NCBI GenBank assembly: GCA_963769935.1
Contig: CAVYNY010000022.1
Location: 32,001-96,000, forward strand
DNA: 64,000 nt
Direction of reading: 5' to 3'
Origin: an uncultured delta proteobacterium
GTDB taxonomy: Bacteria; Desulfobacterota; Desulfobacteria; Desulfobacterales; JAFDCJ01
The notes under the pieces are model-generated. The model ran no database searches and had not been told where the DNA came from. It saw only the letters and a program-made list of their open reading frames with translations. The position numbers and the translations under genes were made by a program. Shown here in pieces: positions 54,540 through 64,000 of the stretch (its first letter is position 1; each line of letters begins with the position of its first letter).

Positions 54540-57341
54540 ATGAACATCCCCACCGCCACATACCGGCTGCAACTCAGCCCGGGTTTTGGCTTCAACGATG
54601 CCGCCGCCATCGTCGGCTACCTGGCGGATCTTGGCATTTCGCACCTGTATGCGTCGCCGATATTCAAGGCTCGGCCAGGCAGTCCGCACGGCTATGACGG
54701 GGTGGATCCCAACCAGTTGAATCCGCAGCTGGGCGCGCTGACTGATTTTGAAAATTTGACGCAAGCGTTGCAGGGGCATGCCATGGGCTGGCTGCTGGAC
54801 ATTGTTCCCAACCATTTGGCTTTTGATTATGACAACCGGATGCTGATGGATGTGCTGGAGAACGGACCGCATTCAAAATACTATCGATTCTTTGACATTG
54901 AATGGGATCATCACGATGAGGGGATGCATGGCCGACTGCTGGCGCCGTTTCTGGGAAAGCGCTATGCGGCCTGCCTGGTGGATGGCGAAATTAAATTATC
55001 CTATGAATCTGCCGGCTTTGTTGTCGAATATTATGATTTAAAGCTGCCGTTAAGGATCGATTCGTATTTGGAAATTCTTGGCCATGGGATCGATAAAGTC
55101 GGGGCGACGCTCGGCAAAAGCCGGCCGGATCTTAATGGCCTGATCGATATCCTTGACCGTCTGGCAGGACTGGCGCTGCCGCTCGACCCCGTCGGCCGCT
55201 CCGACCAGATCCGGTCCATTAAACAGACACTTTGGACCACCTATTGCGACAATAGCGCCGTCCGGCAGTTTATTGACAGCGAGCTTCGCCGGTTCAACGG
55301 AGAACCGGGAGATGCGGACAACTTTGGGTTGCTCGACAACATCTTAGCGCAGCAGTTTTATCATCTGTGCTACTGGAAGGCGGCCTGCGATGAAATCAAT
55401 TACCGGCGATTTTTCAGCATCAACGGACTGATTGCGCTATGCCAGGAAAACGAAGCGGTGTTTGATCACACGCACGCCCTGTTGTCCAAACTTATCGGGG
55501 AGGCAATCGTCTCCGGCATCCGCATCGATCACATTGACGGCCTGGGGGATCCGACCGGGTATTTAAAGCGGCTTCGCGGGCGCTTTAAAGACGTCTATAT
55601 CCTGATCGAAAAAATTCTGGGCCCGGCGGAAAGCCTGCCCGACGATTGGCCGGTTCAGGGAACCACCGGCTACGAGTTTGCCAATATGCTCAACGGCCTG
55701 TTTGTCCGGCCGGAAAATGAGGAGAACTTCACCGCGGTTTATACCCGCTTCAGCGGCCGGGAGAATTCATTTGAAGGTCTTGTTTATTCCGGCAAGCGAC
55801 GGATCCTTGAAACCCAGATGGCGGGAGATCTGGATAACCTGGCCGGTTATGTAAAAAGAATTTCCAACCGGACGAGGAGCGGTCGTGATTTCACCCTGAA
55901 ACACCTAAAAGAGTCGCTGGCAGAATTGCTGGTGTGCTTTCCGGTCTACCGGACCTATGTCGATCATGAAGGTCCCCGGCAAGCCGACCGAAGATATATC
56001 CGATCGGCGGTGGAGTTGTCGGTTTTGCACCGGCCGCAGCTGCAGCCCGAGCTTGAGTTACTGCAGCGGTTGCTGCTGGACGAAATCGGTGGGCAAGATT
56101 CCGATGACCCGGCCGGCATCCGCGAACTTAGCCGGCAAATTGTGGTCCGGTTTCAACAGCTGACTGCCCCATTGATGGCCAAGGGGGTTGAAGATACGGC
56201 GCTGTATGTCTACAATCGGTTGCTGTCGCTGAACGACGTCGGCTGCGATCCGCGCCGATTCGGCTGCAGGGCCGCAGATTTTCACGCCTTTGCCGCAAAC
56301 AGAGCGAACCGCTGGCCGCACGCGATGAACAGCAGCGCCACGCATGACTCTAAAAGGGGCGAGGATGCGCGTGCCAGACTGAATGTGCTGTCCGAGATCC
56401 CCGCTGAATGGGCCGCAAGCCTTGAGCAATGGCATATCCTCAACCGCCCTGTAAAAGTCCGGCTCGACGGGCAAGCGATGCCGGATAAAAACGAAGAATA
56501 CTTCCTGTACCAGACCCTGATCGGGGCGTTTCCGATCGGCGACCGGGACCTATCCGGTTTTATTGCAAGAATCAGCCAATACATGGTCAAGGCCGCCCGG
56601 GAAGCCAAAATACACACATCGTGGTTGGAGCCGAACGTCCCCCACGAAGCCGCGCTGACATCTTTTGTGGAAAAAATCCTGCACGCGACCGACGAAAACG
56701 GATTTTTGAAAGTGTTTTTGCCGTTTTGTAAAAAAATTGCCCGCTACGGCATCTTCAATTCACTTTCCCAGACCCTGATTAAAATCACGGCCCCCGGTGT
56801 TCCCGATTTTTATCAGGGCACCGAATTGACGGACCTGAACCTGGTGGACCCCGATAACCGCCGTCCGGTCAATTTTGCCGATCGCGCGTTTTTTTTAAAG
56901 GAGATTCGGGCCCGGGCCCGCACGAATACCCGGGCGCTGATCAGCGAGCTGCTGGTCAACCGTTTCGACGGGCGTCTGAAGATGTATTTGCTTGCCGCAG
57001 CGCTTAAAATCAGAAATGCACATGCGCGTCTTTTCCGGGAAGGCTGCTATATCGCACTGCGGCCTGCCGGACGGTTCCATAACCATGTTCTTGCCTTTGC
57101 CCGGCATTGGGAGCAAAAATGGAGCATTACGGTGGTGCCCCGGTTTTTAACGGCCCTGGTCGGCGAAGATGAAGATCCCTTTGGAGCCGGGATTTGGCAG
57201 GATACGGTGGTCGATTTGCCTGACGGGGCGCCCGTACGCTGGAAAAATATTTTTAGCAACGAGGTGCTGACTGCTGGAAATAGCATAGCCCTCGGTGATG
57301 CGCTGGCAGATTTTCCGATTGCCATGCTTATCGCGGAATGA
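54540..57341 (+). CDS. treY: Malto-oligosyltrehalose synthase
   Basis: PTATYRLQL, GSPHGYD, DIVPNH, INYRRFF, RIDHIDGL, ATHDSKRGED, PGVPDFYQG. Confidence 0.95.
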   Translation: MNIPTATYRLQLSPGFGFNDAAAIVGYLADLGISHLYASPIFKARPGSPHGYDGVDPNQLNPQLGALTDFENLTQALQGHAMGWLLDIVPNHLAFDYDNRMLMDVLENGPHSKYYRFFDIEWDHHDEGMHGRLLAPFLGKRYAACLVDGEIKLSYESAGFVVEYYDLKLPLRIDSYLEILGHGIDKVGATLGKSRPDLNGLIDILDRLAGLALPLDPVGRSDQIRSIKQTLWTTYCDNSAVRQFIDSELRRFNGEPGDADNFGLLDNILAQQFYHLCYWKAACDEINYRRFFSINGLIALCQENEAVFDHTHALLSKLIGEAIVSGIRIDHIDGLGDPTGYLKRLRGRFKDVYILIEKILGPAESLPDDWPVQGTTGYEFANMLNGLFVRPENEENFTAVYTRFSGRENSFEGLVYSGKRRILETQMAGDLDNLAGYVKRISNRTRSGRDFTLKHLKESLAELLVCFPVYRTYVDHEGPRQADRRYIRSAVELSVLHRPQLQPELELLQRLLLDEIGGQDSDDPAGIRELSRQIVVRFQQLTAPLMAKGVEDTALYVYNRLLSLNDVGCDPRRFGCRAADFHAFAANRANRWPHAMNSSATHDSKRGEDARARLNVLSEIPAEWAASLEQWHILNRPVKVRLDGQAMPDKNEEYFLYQTLIGAFPIGDRDLSGFIARISQYMVKAAREAKIHTSWLEPNVPHEAALTSFVEKILHATDENGFLKVFLPFCKKIARYGIFNSLSQTLIKITAPGVPDFYQGTELTDLNLVDPDNRRPVNFADRAFFLKEIRARARTNTRALISELLVNRFDGRLKMYLLAAALKIRNAHARLFREGCYIALRPAGRFHNHVLAFARHWEQKWSITVVPRFLTALVGEDEDPFGAGIWQDTVVDLPDGAPVRWKNIFSNEVLTAGNSIALGDALADFPIAMLIAE

Positions 57342-57418
57342 ACTACTCGCTTCAGTTTTCGAGGAGCAATTTGCAGGCCTGAATGTACTATCTTTCAGGG
57401 CGAATTAATTAGCGGAGG

Positions 57419-58927
57419 ATGAAATCAATGACCATTCGATCCAGCGGAATTTTATTGCATCCTACCATTCTGCCGACAGACTTCGGAATCGGTGATCTGG
57501 GTCCGGCGGCTTACCGTTTTGTTGACTTTTTGGCGGACACCGGACAGAGCCTCTGGCAGATTCTGCCGTTGACGCCCACTGACCCGAAGCACAAAAACTC
57601 CCCCTATCACAGCACATCCGCCCTGGCCGGCAATCCGCTGCTGATCAGCCCCGAGCTCCTGGTAAAAGAGGGACTGCTGGCTGAATCGGATCTGGCCGAG
57701 GCTCCGGATTTGCGCGGCAACCGCATCGATTTCGCTACGGTGGCGGCTTTTAAAAACAAACTGTTCGAGATTGCCTTCGACCGGTTTCAGCAAAAAACAG
57801 GGGATAAAACGTCGTTTGAGCGATTCTGCGTTCGGCAGGATTTCTGGCTGGATGCGTATGCCCTGTTCGCCGCCCTCAAAGAGCGCTTCGCCGGCCGGCC
57901 CTGGATTGAGTGGCCGCTTGAAATCCGACGCCGATCCCGCGACGACCTGCTGGCCGTCCGGCAGGAGCTGGCGCTTGCCGTTCAAAGGGAAAAATTTTTG
58001 CAGTATGTTTTTTTCCGGCAGTGGATGCAGCTAAAAGACTACTGCCGCCAGAAAGAGGTCAAAATTATGGGCGATATACCGATTTACGTCCACTATGACA
58101 GCGTGGACGTGTGGTGTCACCCCGAGCTGTTCAAACTGGATGAAAACCTCAAGCCCTATGTCGTCTCCGGGGTTCCGCCGGATTACTTCAGCCAAACCGG
58201 CCAGCTGTGGGGCCATCCGCTGTATCGCTGGGATGCCTTTCAGGAAACCGGGTATCACTGGTGGATAATCCGGTTGCAGCACAATCTGCAGCTATGCGAC
58301 CTTGTCCGCATCGATCACTTCCGGGGTCTGGTGGCCTACTGGGAAGTGCCGGCTGAAGAAAAAACCGCCGTCAACGGCAAATGGGTGACGGCGCCGGTTG
58401 ATGATTTCATGCATCATCTGCTGCGGAAATTTGCATGTTTGCCGATTATCGCGGAGGATCTGGGCACCATCTCGGCCGATGTGCGCGAAGTCATGCAGCG
58501 CTATCAACTGCCCGGTATGCGTCTGCTGCTGTTTGCCTTCGGAGAGGACTTCCCCGACGGGGCTTTTTTGCCCCACAATCATGTCAAAAATTGCCTGGTC
58601 TACACGGGAACCCACGACAATAATACCGTGCGCGGCTGGTTCGAAACCGAAGCGAGCTCGGAAAGCAAGACCCGCCTGATGGATTATCTGGGCGGCCATG
58701 TAACGGTCGACCGGCTGCACTGGGCGCTGATCCGCCTGGCGATGATGTCCGTGGCCGATACCGCGGTAATCCCGATTCAGGATTTGCTGGGTCTGGGGTC
58801 GGAAGCCCGCATGAACAATCCGTCCAAGCTGGAAGGCAACTGGTCTTGGCGTCTTGTGGAAAATCCCGTCACCTCTGAGCTTACCAATCGTTTACGCGAG
58901 ACGACCCGCATTTATGGCCGGTCATAA
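57419..58927 (+). CDS. malQ: 4-alpha-glucanotransferase (amylomaltase, GH77)
   Basis: RSSGILLHPT, WQILPL, GVPPDYFS.TGQLWG, RIDHFRG, AEDLG, YTGTHDNNT. Confidence 0.96.
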   Translation: MKSMTIRSSGILLHPTILPTDFGIGDLGPAAYRFVDFLADTGQSLWQILPLTPTDPKHKNSPYHSTSALAGNPLLISPELLVKEGLLAESDLAEAPDLRGNRIDFATVAAFKNKLFEIAFDRFQQKTGDKTSFERFCVRQDFWLDAYALFAALKERFAGRPWIEWPLEIRRRSRDDLLAVRQELALAVQREKFLQYVFFRQWMQLKDYCRQKEVKIMGDIPIYVHYDSVDVWCHPELFKLDENLKPYVVSGVPPDYFSQTGQLWGHPLYRWDAFQETGYHWWIIRLQHNLQLCDLVRIDHFRGLVAYWEVPAEEKTAVNGKWVTAPVDDFMHHLLRKFACLPIIAEDLGTISADVREVMQRYQLPGMRLLLFAFGEDFPDGAFLPHNHVKNCLVYTGTHDNNTVRGWFETEASSESKTRLMDYLGGHVTVDRLHWALIRLAMMSVADTAVIPIQDLLGLGSEARMNNPSKLEGNWSWRLVENPVTSELTNRLRETTRIYGRS

Positions 58928-59078
58928 CTATTAATAAGATAAAATGAGTAGACATTACAATCGTTATTGCCAATCTCAAGGCGCTATTCAATCGCATAGT
59001 GGCGCAAGGCACAAGGCGCAGGGCGCAAGAAAACGATTCATTTTTAAATAGCACCCAGAATGTCATGTCTGTTAACTA

Positions 59079-60419
59079 ATGCGCGGCTTAATAAAAAAAA
59101 GGCATATTAAAACGATCCCAGGATTAAGACGAAGGTGCAAAAGACTGCGAATTAAAAGGCGGATCCTGAATTTGATAGCGGCCACAGTCTGGCTGATCTG
59201 TGCCTGCGGAGCCGCTCATAACGAGGCCCTCGTTTTTGCCGTCGGCGGCGCCCCCTCCGAGGTGTCTTTCTGGGAAGAGCTGCTGCGGGACTTCGAACGG
59301 CAATCCGGCATCCGGGTGGAGCTTTTGCGGCAACCCGCCGATACGGATCAGCGCCGGCAGGGACTGGTGATCGCCTTAAACGCCCGCCAGTCCGACCCGG
59401 ATGTATTCTTGATGGACGTCGCCTGGCTGGGTCTCTTTGTGGCTTCGGACTGGCTGGAACCGCTGGACAACAAGGTGGATGCGGCGCCCTTCTTCCAGCG
59501 TGTGATCAGTCTGGTCGACCGGCACCAGGGGCATTTGATGGCCCTGCCCGTGTATGTGGACTGCGGCATCCTTTACTTTCGGCGGGATTTGCTGGAAAGA
59601 TTCCAGCTGCCCGGTCCGCCGGACACCTGGCCGAAGCTCTTATCTTATTCGCTGACCGTTCAGCAGGCGATGCGCAAAACCAATCCACGCTTTTACGGCT
59701 TCGTCTGGCAGGGCGCCCAGTACGAGGGTCTTGTCTGCAATTTCATGGAATTCAGCGGTTCCAGGGGCGGATTTCTGCAGCAGGGCGGCGAACTGCAACT
59801 GGATGTTGCCGCCAACCGGACGGCGCTGACCTTTATGCGGGACCTGATCTGGCGGGATCGCATCTCGCCGCCGAGCACGTATACCGAGATGAAAGAGGAG
59901 CAAGTGCGTCTCTATTTTCAGGCCGGCAATGCGCTGTTCGAGCGCAACTGGCCCTATGCCTGGTCGCTGCACCAGAGCCCGGGGTCGCCGGTTAAAAATA
60001 GGATCGGCATAGCGCCCCTGCCGGCCCCGCCCGACGGCGGGCGGGTTTCTGCCCTGGGGGGCTGGCACATCGGTCTCTCCCGGTTTTCCGATCGCAAGCT
60101 CCAGGCCATGAAGTTCATCCGTTTTGTTACATCCTATGACACCCAGAAAAAAATTATGTCGCAGATGGGATGGAATCCGGGCCGCGCAGATCTCTATGAT
60201 GACCCGGGCATTTTGAAGCGGGCGCCTCATTACCGACAATTAAAGGATATCTTTCAATACGCGCAGCCCAGGCCGCTGCTGCCCTACTATACCCAGGTTT
60301 CGGCCATCGCCCAGCGCTACCTGAACAGCGCGCTGGCGGACCGCATATCCGCCGGTAAAGCCCTGGGCGCGGCTCAGCATGAAATCGACGCTCTGCAGCA
60401 GCGCTATGAGGTTAAATGA
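59079..60419 (+). CDS. Sugar ABC transporter substrate-binding protein (trehalose/maltose-like)
   Basis: PDVFLMDVAW, WQGAQYEGLVCN, F.RNWPYAW, LGGWHIG, PRP..PYY; start codon uncertain. Confidence 0.88.
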   Translation: MRGLIKKRHIKTIPGLRRRCKRLRIKRRILNLIAATVWLICACGAAHNEALVFAVGGAPSEVSFWEELLRDFERQSGIRVELLRQPADTDQRRQGLVIALNARQSDPDVFLMDVAWLGLFVASDWLEPLDNKVDAAPFFQRVISLVDRHQGHLMALPVYVDCGILYFRRDLLERFQLPGPPDTWPKLLSYSLTVQQAMRKTNPRFYGFVWQGAQYEGLVCNFMEFSGSRGGFLQQGGELQLDVAANRTALTFMRDLIWRDRISPPSTYTEMKEEQVRLYFQAGNALFERNWPYAWSLHQSPGSPVKNRIGIAPLPAPPDGGRVSALGGWHIGLSRFSDRKLQAMKFIRFVTSYDTQKKIMSQMGWNPGRADLYDDPGILKRAPHYRQLKDIFQYAQPRPLLPYYTQVSAIAQRYLNSALADRISAGKALGAAQHEIDALQQRYEVK

Positions 60420-60473
60420 GGAGGAATGTCTTATGAAACAGAAAACGAATAGCAAAGCTTGGCCGGCAAGGTC

Positions 60474-60795
60474 TAAATTCCAATTTCCAAGCACCAAATT
60501 ACAAATAAATCCCAAAGTGCAATCATCAATGACCGAAACCGGCTAAGCCAAGAAAATCAGACTATTTTTATTCTTTCATGTTTTGATGATAGAAGCATCG
60601 CTTATTTATATGAAGAGATGACCAAACCTGATGAATTCCCGTTTGTAATTTTGAATTTTGGAATTTGTGATTTTGATCGCCGGCGGTCCTGAGCAAATTT
60701 TTCGCAATTTTATTTGCATTGGTTTCAGGTCCCAGATTTCTGGTGCAATTTCCTTGACAGTGGCTATCAGGTTGACGGCTGACACCTGAAACCTT
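60474..60795. repeat. Intergenic spacer with inverted low-complexity arms
   Basis: AAATTCCAATTTCCAAGCACCAAATTACAAAT..., later GTTTGTAATTTTGAATTTTGGAATTT; GGTTTCAGGT...GACACCTGAAACC. Confidence 0.55.
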
Positions 60796-60821
60796 CTTCG
60801 AACGAAGAATTTGAGAGCATA

Positions 60822-61721
60822 ATGCGGATCTTATCCAACCATCATTTTTTCAGCCGGGAAACCTGGACCGCGTTGGCATTTCTGCTGCCGCTGGCCGGTT
60901 TCGTGGTGATTTTCATCCTGGTGCCGGTCCTGGGCACCCTAACGGACGCGTTCTTTTTGGATGTCACCTTCCGGGCCAAACGCTTTATAGGCATAGATAA
61001 CTTTATCTGGCTGTTCAATGACCCGGGCTTCGGTCGGGCACTGTGGTTTACCGGTCTGTTTGTGCTGGTATCCGTGCCGCTGGAAGTGATTCTGGGGCTG
61101 ATCATGGCGCTGGTTCTGAACGAAAAGCTGCCGCTGCGGGGGATCATGCGCGCCGCGGTGCTGATTCCATGGGCGATTCCGGCGGTAGTGTCCGGCCGGA
61201 TCTTCGAGCTTATTTACAATTACAGCTACGGTGCTGCCAACTACGTGTTGACCATGATGCACCTGACGTCCGGACCGGTCAACTGGCTGGGCAGCGAAAT
61301 CGGGGCCTTTTTGGCCCTGGTGATTGCCGACGGCTGGAAAACGACGCCGTTCGCCGCAATTATCCTGCTGGCGGGCCTCTCCGCTATTCCGCAGGATTTG
61401 TACCGCCAGGCCCGCGTGGACCGGGCCAATTTTGTCCAGCGGTTTTCTAAGATAACCCTGCCGCTGTTGAAACCTGTTTTGATCGTCGTGGTGCTCTTTC
61501 GCACAATCGAGGCCTTGCGGGTGTTTGATCTGATTTTCGTCCTGACCGGCGGCGGGCCGGGTGGAGCCACCACATCGGTTTCACTGTTTGGCTATGATTA
61601 TTTTTCGGCCGGCGACTTCGGGTATGGTTCGGCGGCCAGCGTGATTCTTTTTTTCATCGCCTTGGGTTTGTCGCTGGGCCTGGTCAGGCTGAGCCGGGTT
61701 GAACAGGGGGTGATGTCGTGA
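60822..61721 (+). CDS. Sugar ABC transporter permease (MalF-like)
   Basis: FIGIDNF, IPWAIP, DGWKTTPF, LYRQARVDRA EAA loop. Confidence 0.92.
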   Translation: MRILSNHHFFSRETWTALAFLLPLAGFVVIFILVPVLGTLTDAFFLDVTFRAKRFIGIDNFIWLFNDPGFGRALWFTGLFVLVSVPLEVILGLIMALVLNEKLPLRGIMRAAVLIPWAIPAVVSGRIFELIYNYSYGAANYVLTMMHLTSGPVNWLGSEIGAFLALVIADGWKTTPFAAIILLAGLSAIPQDLYRQARVDRANFVQRFSKITLPLLKPVLIVVVLFRTIEALRVFDLIFVLTGGGPGGATTSVSLFGYDYFSAGDFGYGSAASVILFFIALGLSLGLVRLSRVEQGVMS

Positions 61722-62548
61722 AGGAGGAGACTCTCAAAAAAGGCATCACTTTTGCCGCCGCAGCGGTAACGATCCTTTTTTGCCTGGCGCCGTTCGGGTA
61801 TATGATCCTGACCGGTTTCAGCCGCCAGGCGGACTTTTTGTCTCCGGATACACCCTGGGTCGGCACGCTGGCGAACTATCGCGCCGTCATGGTTTCCGAG
61901 TCCCTTCATTTCACGGCCTTTATGCGCAACAGCATCATCGTTTCCGCGGCCAGTGCGGTGATCAGCGTATTTTTCGCTGCGCTGGCCGCCTATGCCATCA
62001 CCCGCCTGTCTCTGCCCGGCAAGCTGCCGTTCATGTTTTTGATCCTGGCCCTGTCCATGTTTCCGCCGGTCAGTCTGGTGGGGTATTTGTATAAGCTGAT
62101 GACGGCTCTGGGCTGGATCAACACCTATCCGGCCCTGATATTGCCCTATGTGGCCTGGACCCTGCCGCTGTCCTTATGGATTTTGGTCAGCTATTTTTCC
62201 CGCATACCGCGGGATCTCGATCGTGCCGGGCTGATCGACGGCTGCAGCCGGATACAGATTCTCTTTAAGATTATTTTTCCGGTGGCCGCCCCGGGGATTT
62301 TTGCGACCCTGCTGCTGGCCTTTATTTTTGCCTTTAATGAGTTTTTATTTGCGCTGATGCTGACCACCGATTATGCCGCCCGGACCATTCCCGTGGGGAT
62401 TGCGCTCTTCGAGGGTCTGCACGGCCAAATCCCGTGGGGGGAAATCATGGCGGCCGCCACCATGGCAACGGTGCCGGTGGTGGTGCTGGCGCTTGTCTTC
62501 CAGCGGCGCATTATTCAGGGGTTGACCCGGGGAGCGGTCAAGGAATGA
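61718..62548 (+). CDS. Sugar ABC transporter permease (MalG-like)
   Basis: NSIIVS, MFPP, IPRDLDRAGLIDGCS, FNEFLFAL. Confidence 0.92.
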   Translation: MKEETLKKGITFAAAAVTILFCLAPFGYMILTGFSRQADFLSPDTPWVGTLANYRAVMVSESLHFTAFMRNSIIVSAASAVISVFFAALAAYAITRLSLPGKLPFMFLILALSMFPPVSLVGYLYKLMTALGWINTYPALILPYVAWTLPLSLWILVSYFSRIPRDLDRAGLIDGCSRIQILFKIIFPVAAPGIFATLLLAFIFAFNEFLFALMLTTDYAARTIPVGIALFEGLHGQIPWGEIMAAATMATVPVVVLALVFQRRIIQGLTRGAVKE

Positions 62549-63672
62549 CACTTGCCATCGAGCATCTCAGCAAACGCTTTACGACGCTGCGCGGCCCAGT
62601 GGACGCCGTGCGCGATGTCAGTCTGGAGATTCATCCCGGTGAATTTTTTGTCCTGCTGGGCCCCAGCGGCTGCGGCAAGAGCACCCTGCTGAATCTGGTG
62701 GCCGGTCTGGAAAAGCCGACGGATGGTGAGATCCGGCTTGAAGATCAAACGGTGGCCGCCCCTCGTAAAGGCGTGTTTGAGCCGCCGCGGCAGCGCAATG
62801 TGGCCATGGTTTTCCAGAGTTATGCGCTGTATCCCCATTTGAAAGTTTACGACAATATCGCCTTTCCGCTGCGGGTGGTGCGCACCGGCAAATCGGATAT
62901 CGACCGGGCTGTCAAGCGCACCGCCGCCATGCTGGACATCGAGGAATTGATGGATCGCAAGCCGGCCGAACTTTCCGGCGGACAACGCCAGCGGGTGGCC
63001 ATCGCCCGGGCGCTGGTGCGACGGCCGCGGCTGTTTCTGCTGGACGAACCCCTATCCAATTTAGACGCCCAGCTGCGCAGCCGCACGCGGCTGGAATTAA
63101 AAAATCTGCAGCAGCAGCTGGGCGTTACCACATTGTACGTCACCCACGACCAAACCGAAGCCATGACGCTGGGCCACCGCATTGCCCTGCTCAAAGACGG
63201 TTCGCTGATTCAGGTGGGAACTCCGGAAGACATGTATGCGCATCCACGGACGGCGTTTGCCGCCACATTCATCGGTTCGCCGTCCATGAATCTGATAAGC
63301 GCCCGCCTGCGGCAGGAAGGGCAGGGTGTCTTCGTCGAATTAGGGGATACACATTCGCAAATAGAGCTAAAAAAGGATGTAAGACCGGATCTCCGTTTCA
63401 AGCGGGAGATCACCGTGGGAATTCGACCCGAACACATCCAATTCAGCGCTGAACGCTCCCCGTCCTGCCTGTCCGGCAGAATCGGCGCAATTGAACCCCT
63501 GGGCCGGGAGCTGCTGCTGCACGTGCAAACGGACGCCGGCACGCTTCTTGTTTTAAGCGCCGACAAACACTTTAAAGCCGGTGATACCGCAGCGATCGTC
63601 TTCGATCCGGATCGGATTCATCTTTTTGAAAGAAGGTCAAATGAAATGGGAGAGCAATGGAAGGCGTCATAA
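62545..63672 (+). CDS. Sugar ABC transporter ATP-binding protein (MalK-like)
   Basis: GPSGCGKST, LSGGQRQR, LLDEPLSNLD, YVTHDQ; ATGA overlap with permease stop. Confidence 0.94.
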   Translation: MTLAIEHLSKRFTTLRGPVDAVRDVSLEIHPGEFFVLLGPSGCGKSTLLNLVAGLEKPTDGEIRLEDQTVAAPRKGVFEPPRQRNVAMVFQSYALYPHLKVYDNIAFPLRVVRTGKSDIDRAVKRTAAMLDIEELMDRKPAELSGGQRQRVAIARALVRRPRLFLLDEPLSNLDAQLRSRTRLELKNLQQQLGVTTLYVTHDQTEAMTLGHRIALLKDGSLIQVGTPEDMYAHPRTAFAATFIGSPSMNLISARLRQEGQGVFVELGDTHSQIELKKDVRPDLRFKREITVGIRPEHIQFSAERSPSCLSGRIGAIEPLGRELLLHVQTDAGTLLVLSADKHFKAGDTAAIVFDPDRIHLFERRSNEMGEQWKAS

Positions 63673-64000
63673 AAACGGATCAAATCCGATGCTACGACGG
63701 TGACGGCAATCTGATGGACTGTGCCGGGTCCGGTCAGGACGCCGGGATGCGGTTCGGGGTCAAATGGCCGAGTCCTCGATTTGAAGCGCACGGGGACGTG
63801 GTCATTGACCGCCTTAGCGGGTTAATGTGGACCCGAGATGCGGGACTGAGCGAATTTCCGCAAACTTGGATCGAAGCAACTTATTTTATAGAAAAAATAA
63901 ACCGTGGGGAGATCTTCGGCTATCGGGATTGGCGTCTTGCGGAGCGGCGGGAACTGTTCAGTCTGGTAAGCCACCAGCGGGTTAATCCGGCACTGCCCTC
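63657..64000 (+). CDS. DUF1566 (Lcl C-terminal-like) domain protein, truncated by window end
   Basis: MEGVIKTDQIRCYDGDG..CAGSGQDA..WPSPRF..VIDRLSGLMW..GYRDWRL..RELFSL. Confidence 0.8.
   Translation, partial: MEGVIKTDQIRCYDGDGNLMDCAGSGQDAGMRFGVKWPSPRFEAHGDVVIDRLSGLMWTRDAGLSEFPQTWIEATYFIEKINRGEIFGYRDWRLAERRELFSLVSHQRVNPALP

Overview
Bacterial accessory/stress region, most likely from a Desulfobacterota (deltaproteobacterial) genome; the taxon is inferred from gene families and intergenic repeat style. 0-8 kb holds three cytoplasmic NarX-type (HisKA_3) kinases, a NarL/LuxR response regulator and an RsbW-like protein. 8-37 kb is a mosaic of general-stress-type genes (two DksA/TraR proteins, CBS, PfpI, PRC-barrel, DUF1328, ferritin-like, ArfB, a Thermotoga-like DisA, citrate synthase, and a UxxC thioredoxin-like selenoprotein missed by the ORF track) mixed with many deletion-compressed gene remnants. 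37-64 kb is a glycogen/trehalose supercluster (glgA, treT, glgE, treS-maltokinase, glgB, treZ, GH57, treY, malQ, sugar ABC importer). The main discovery is a 22-bp box (consensus AAATACAGGATTNACCYYATTT) found about 20 times. It is intergenic, oriented with the downstream gene, usually has a second TAC/TAG half-site exactly 22 bp upstream, and often has a TAnnnT -10 element 19-21 nt downstream. This suggests an island-wide stress/trehalose regulon, plausibly driven by the local NarL-type regulator. Several families of nested intergenic repeats are present, and several genes carry single-base frameshifts that may be sequencing errors.
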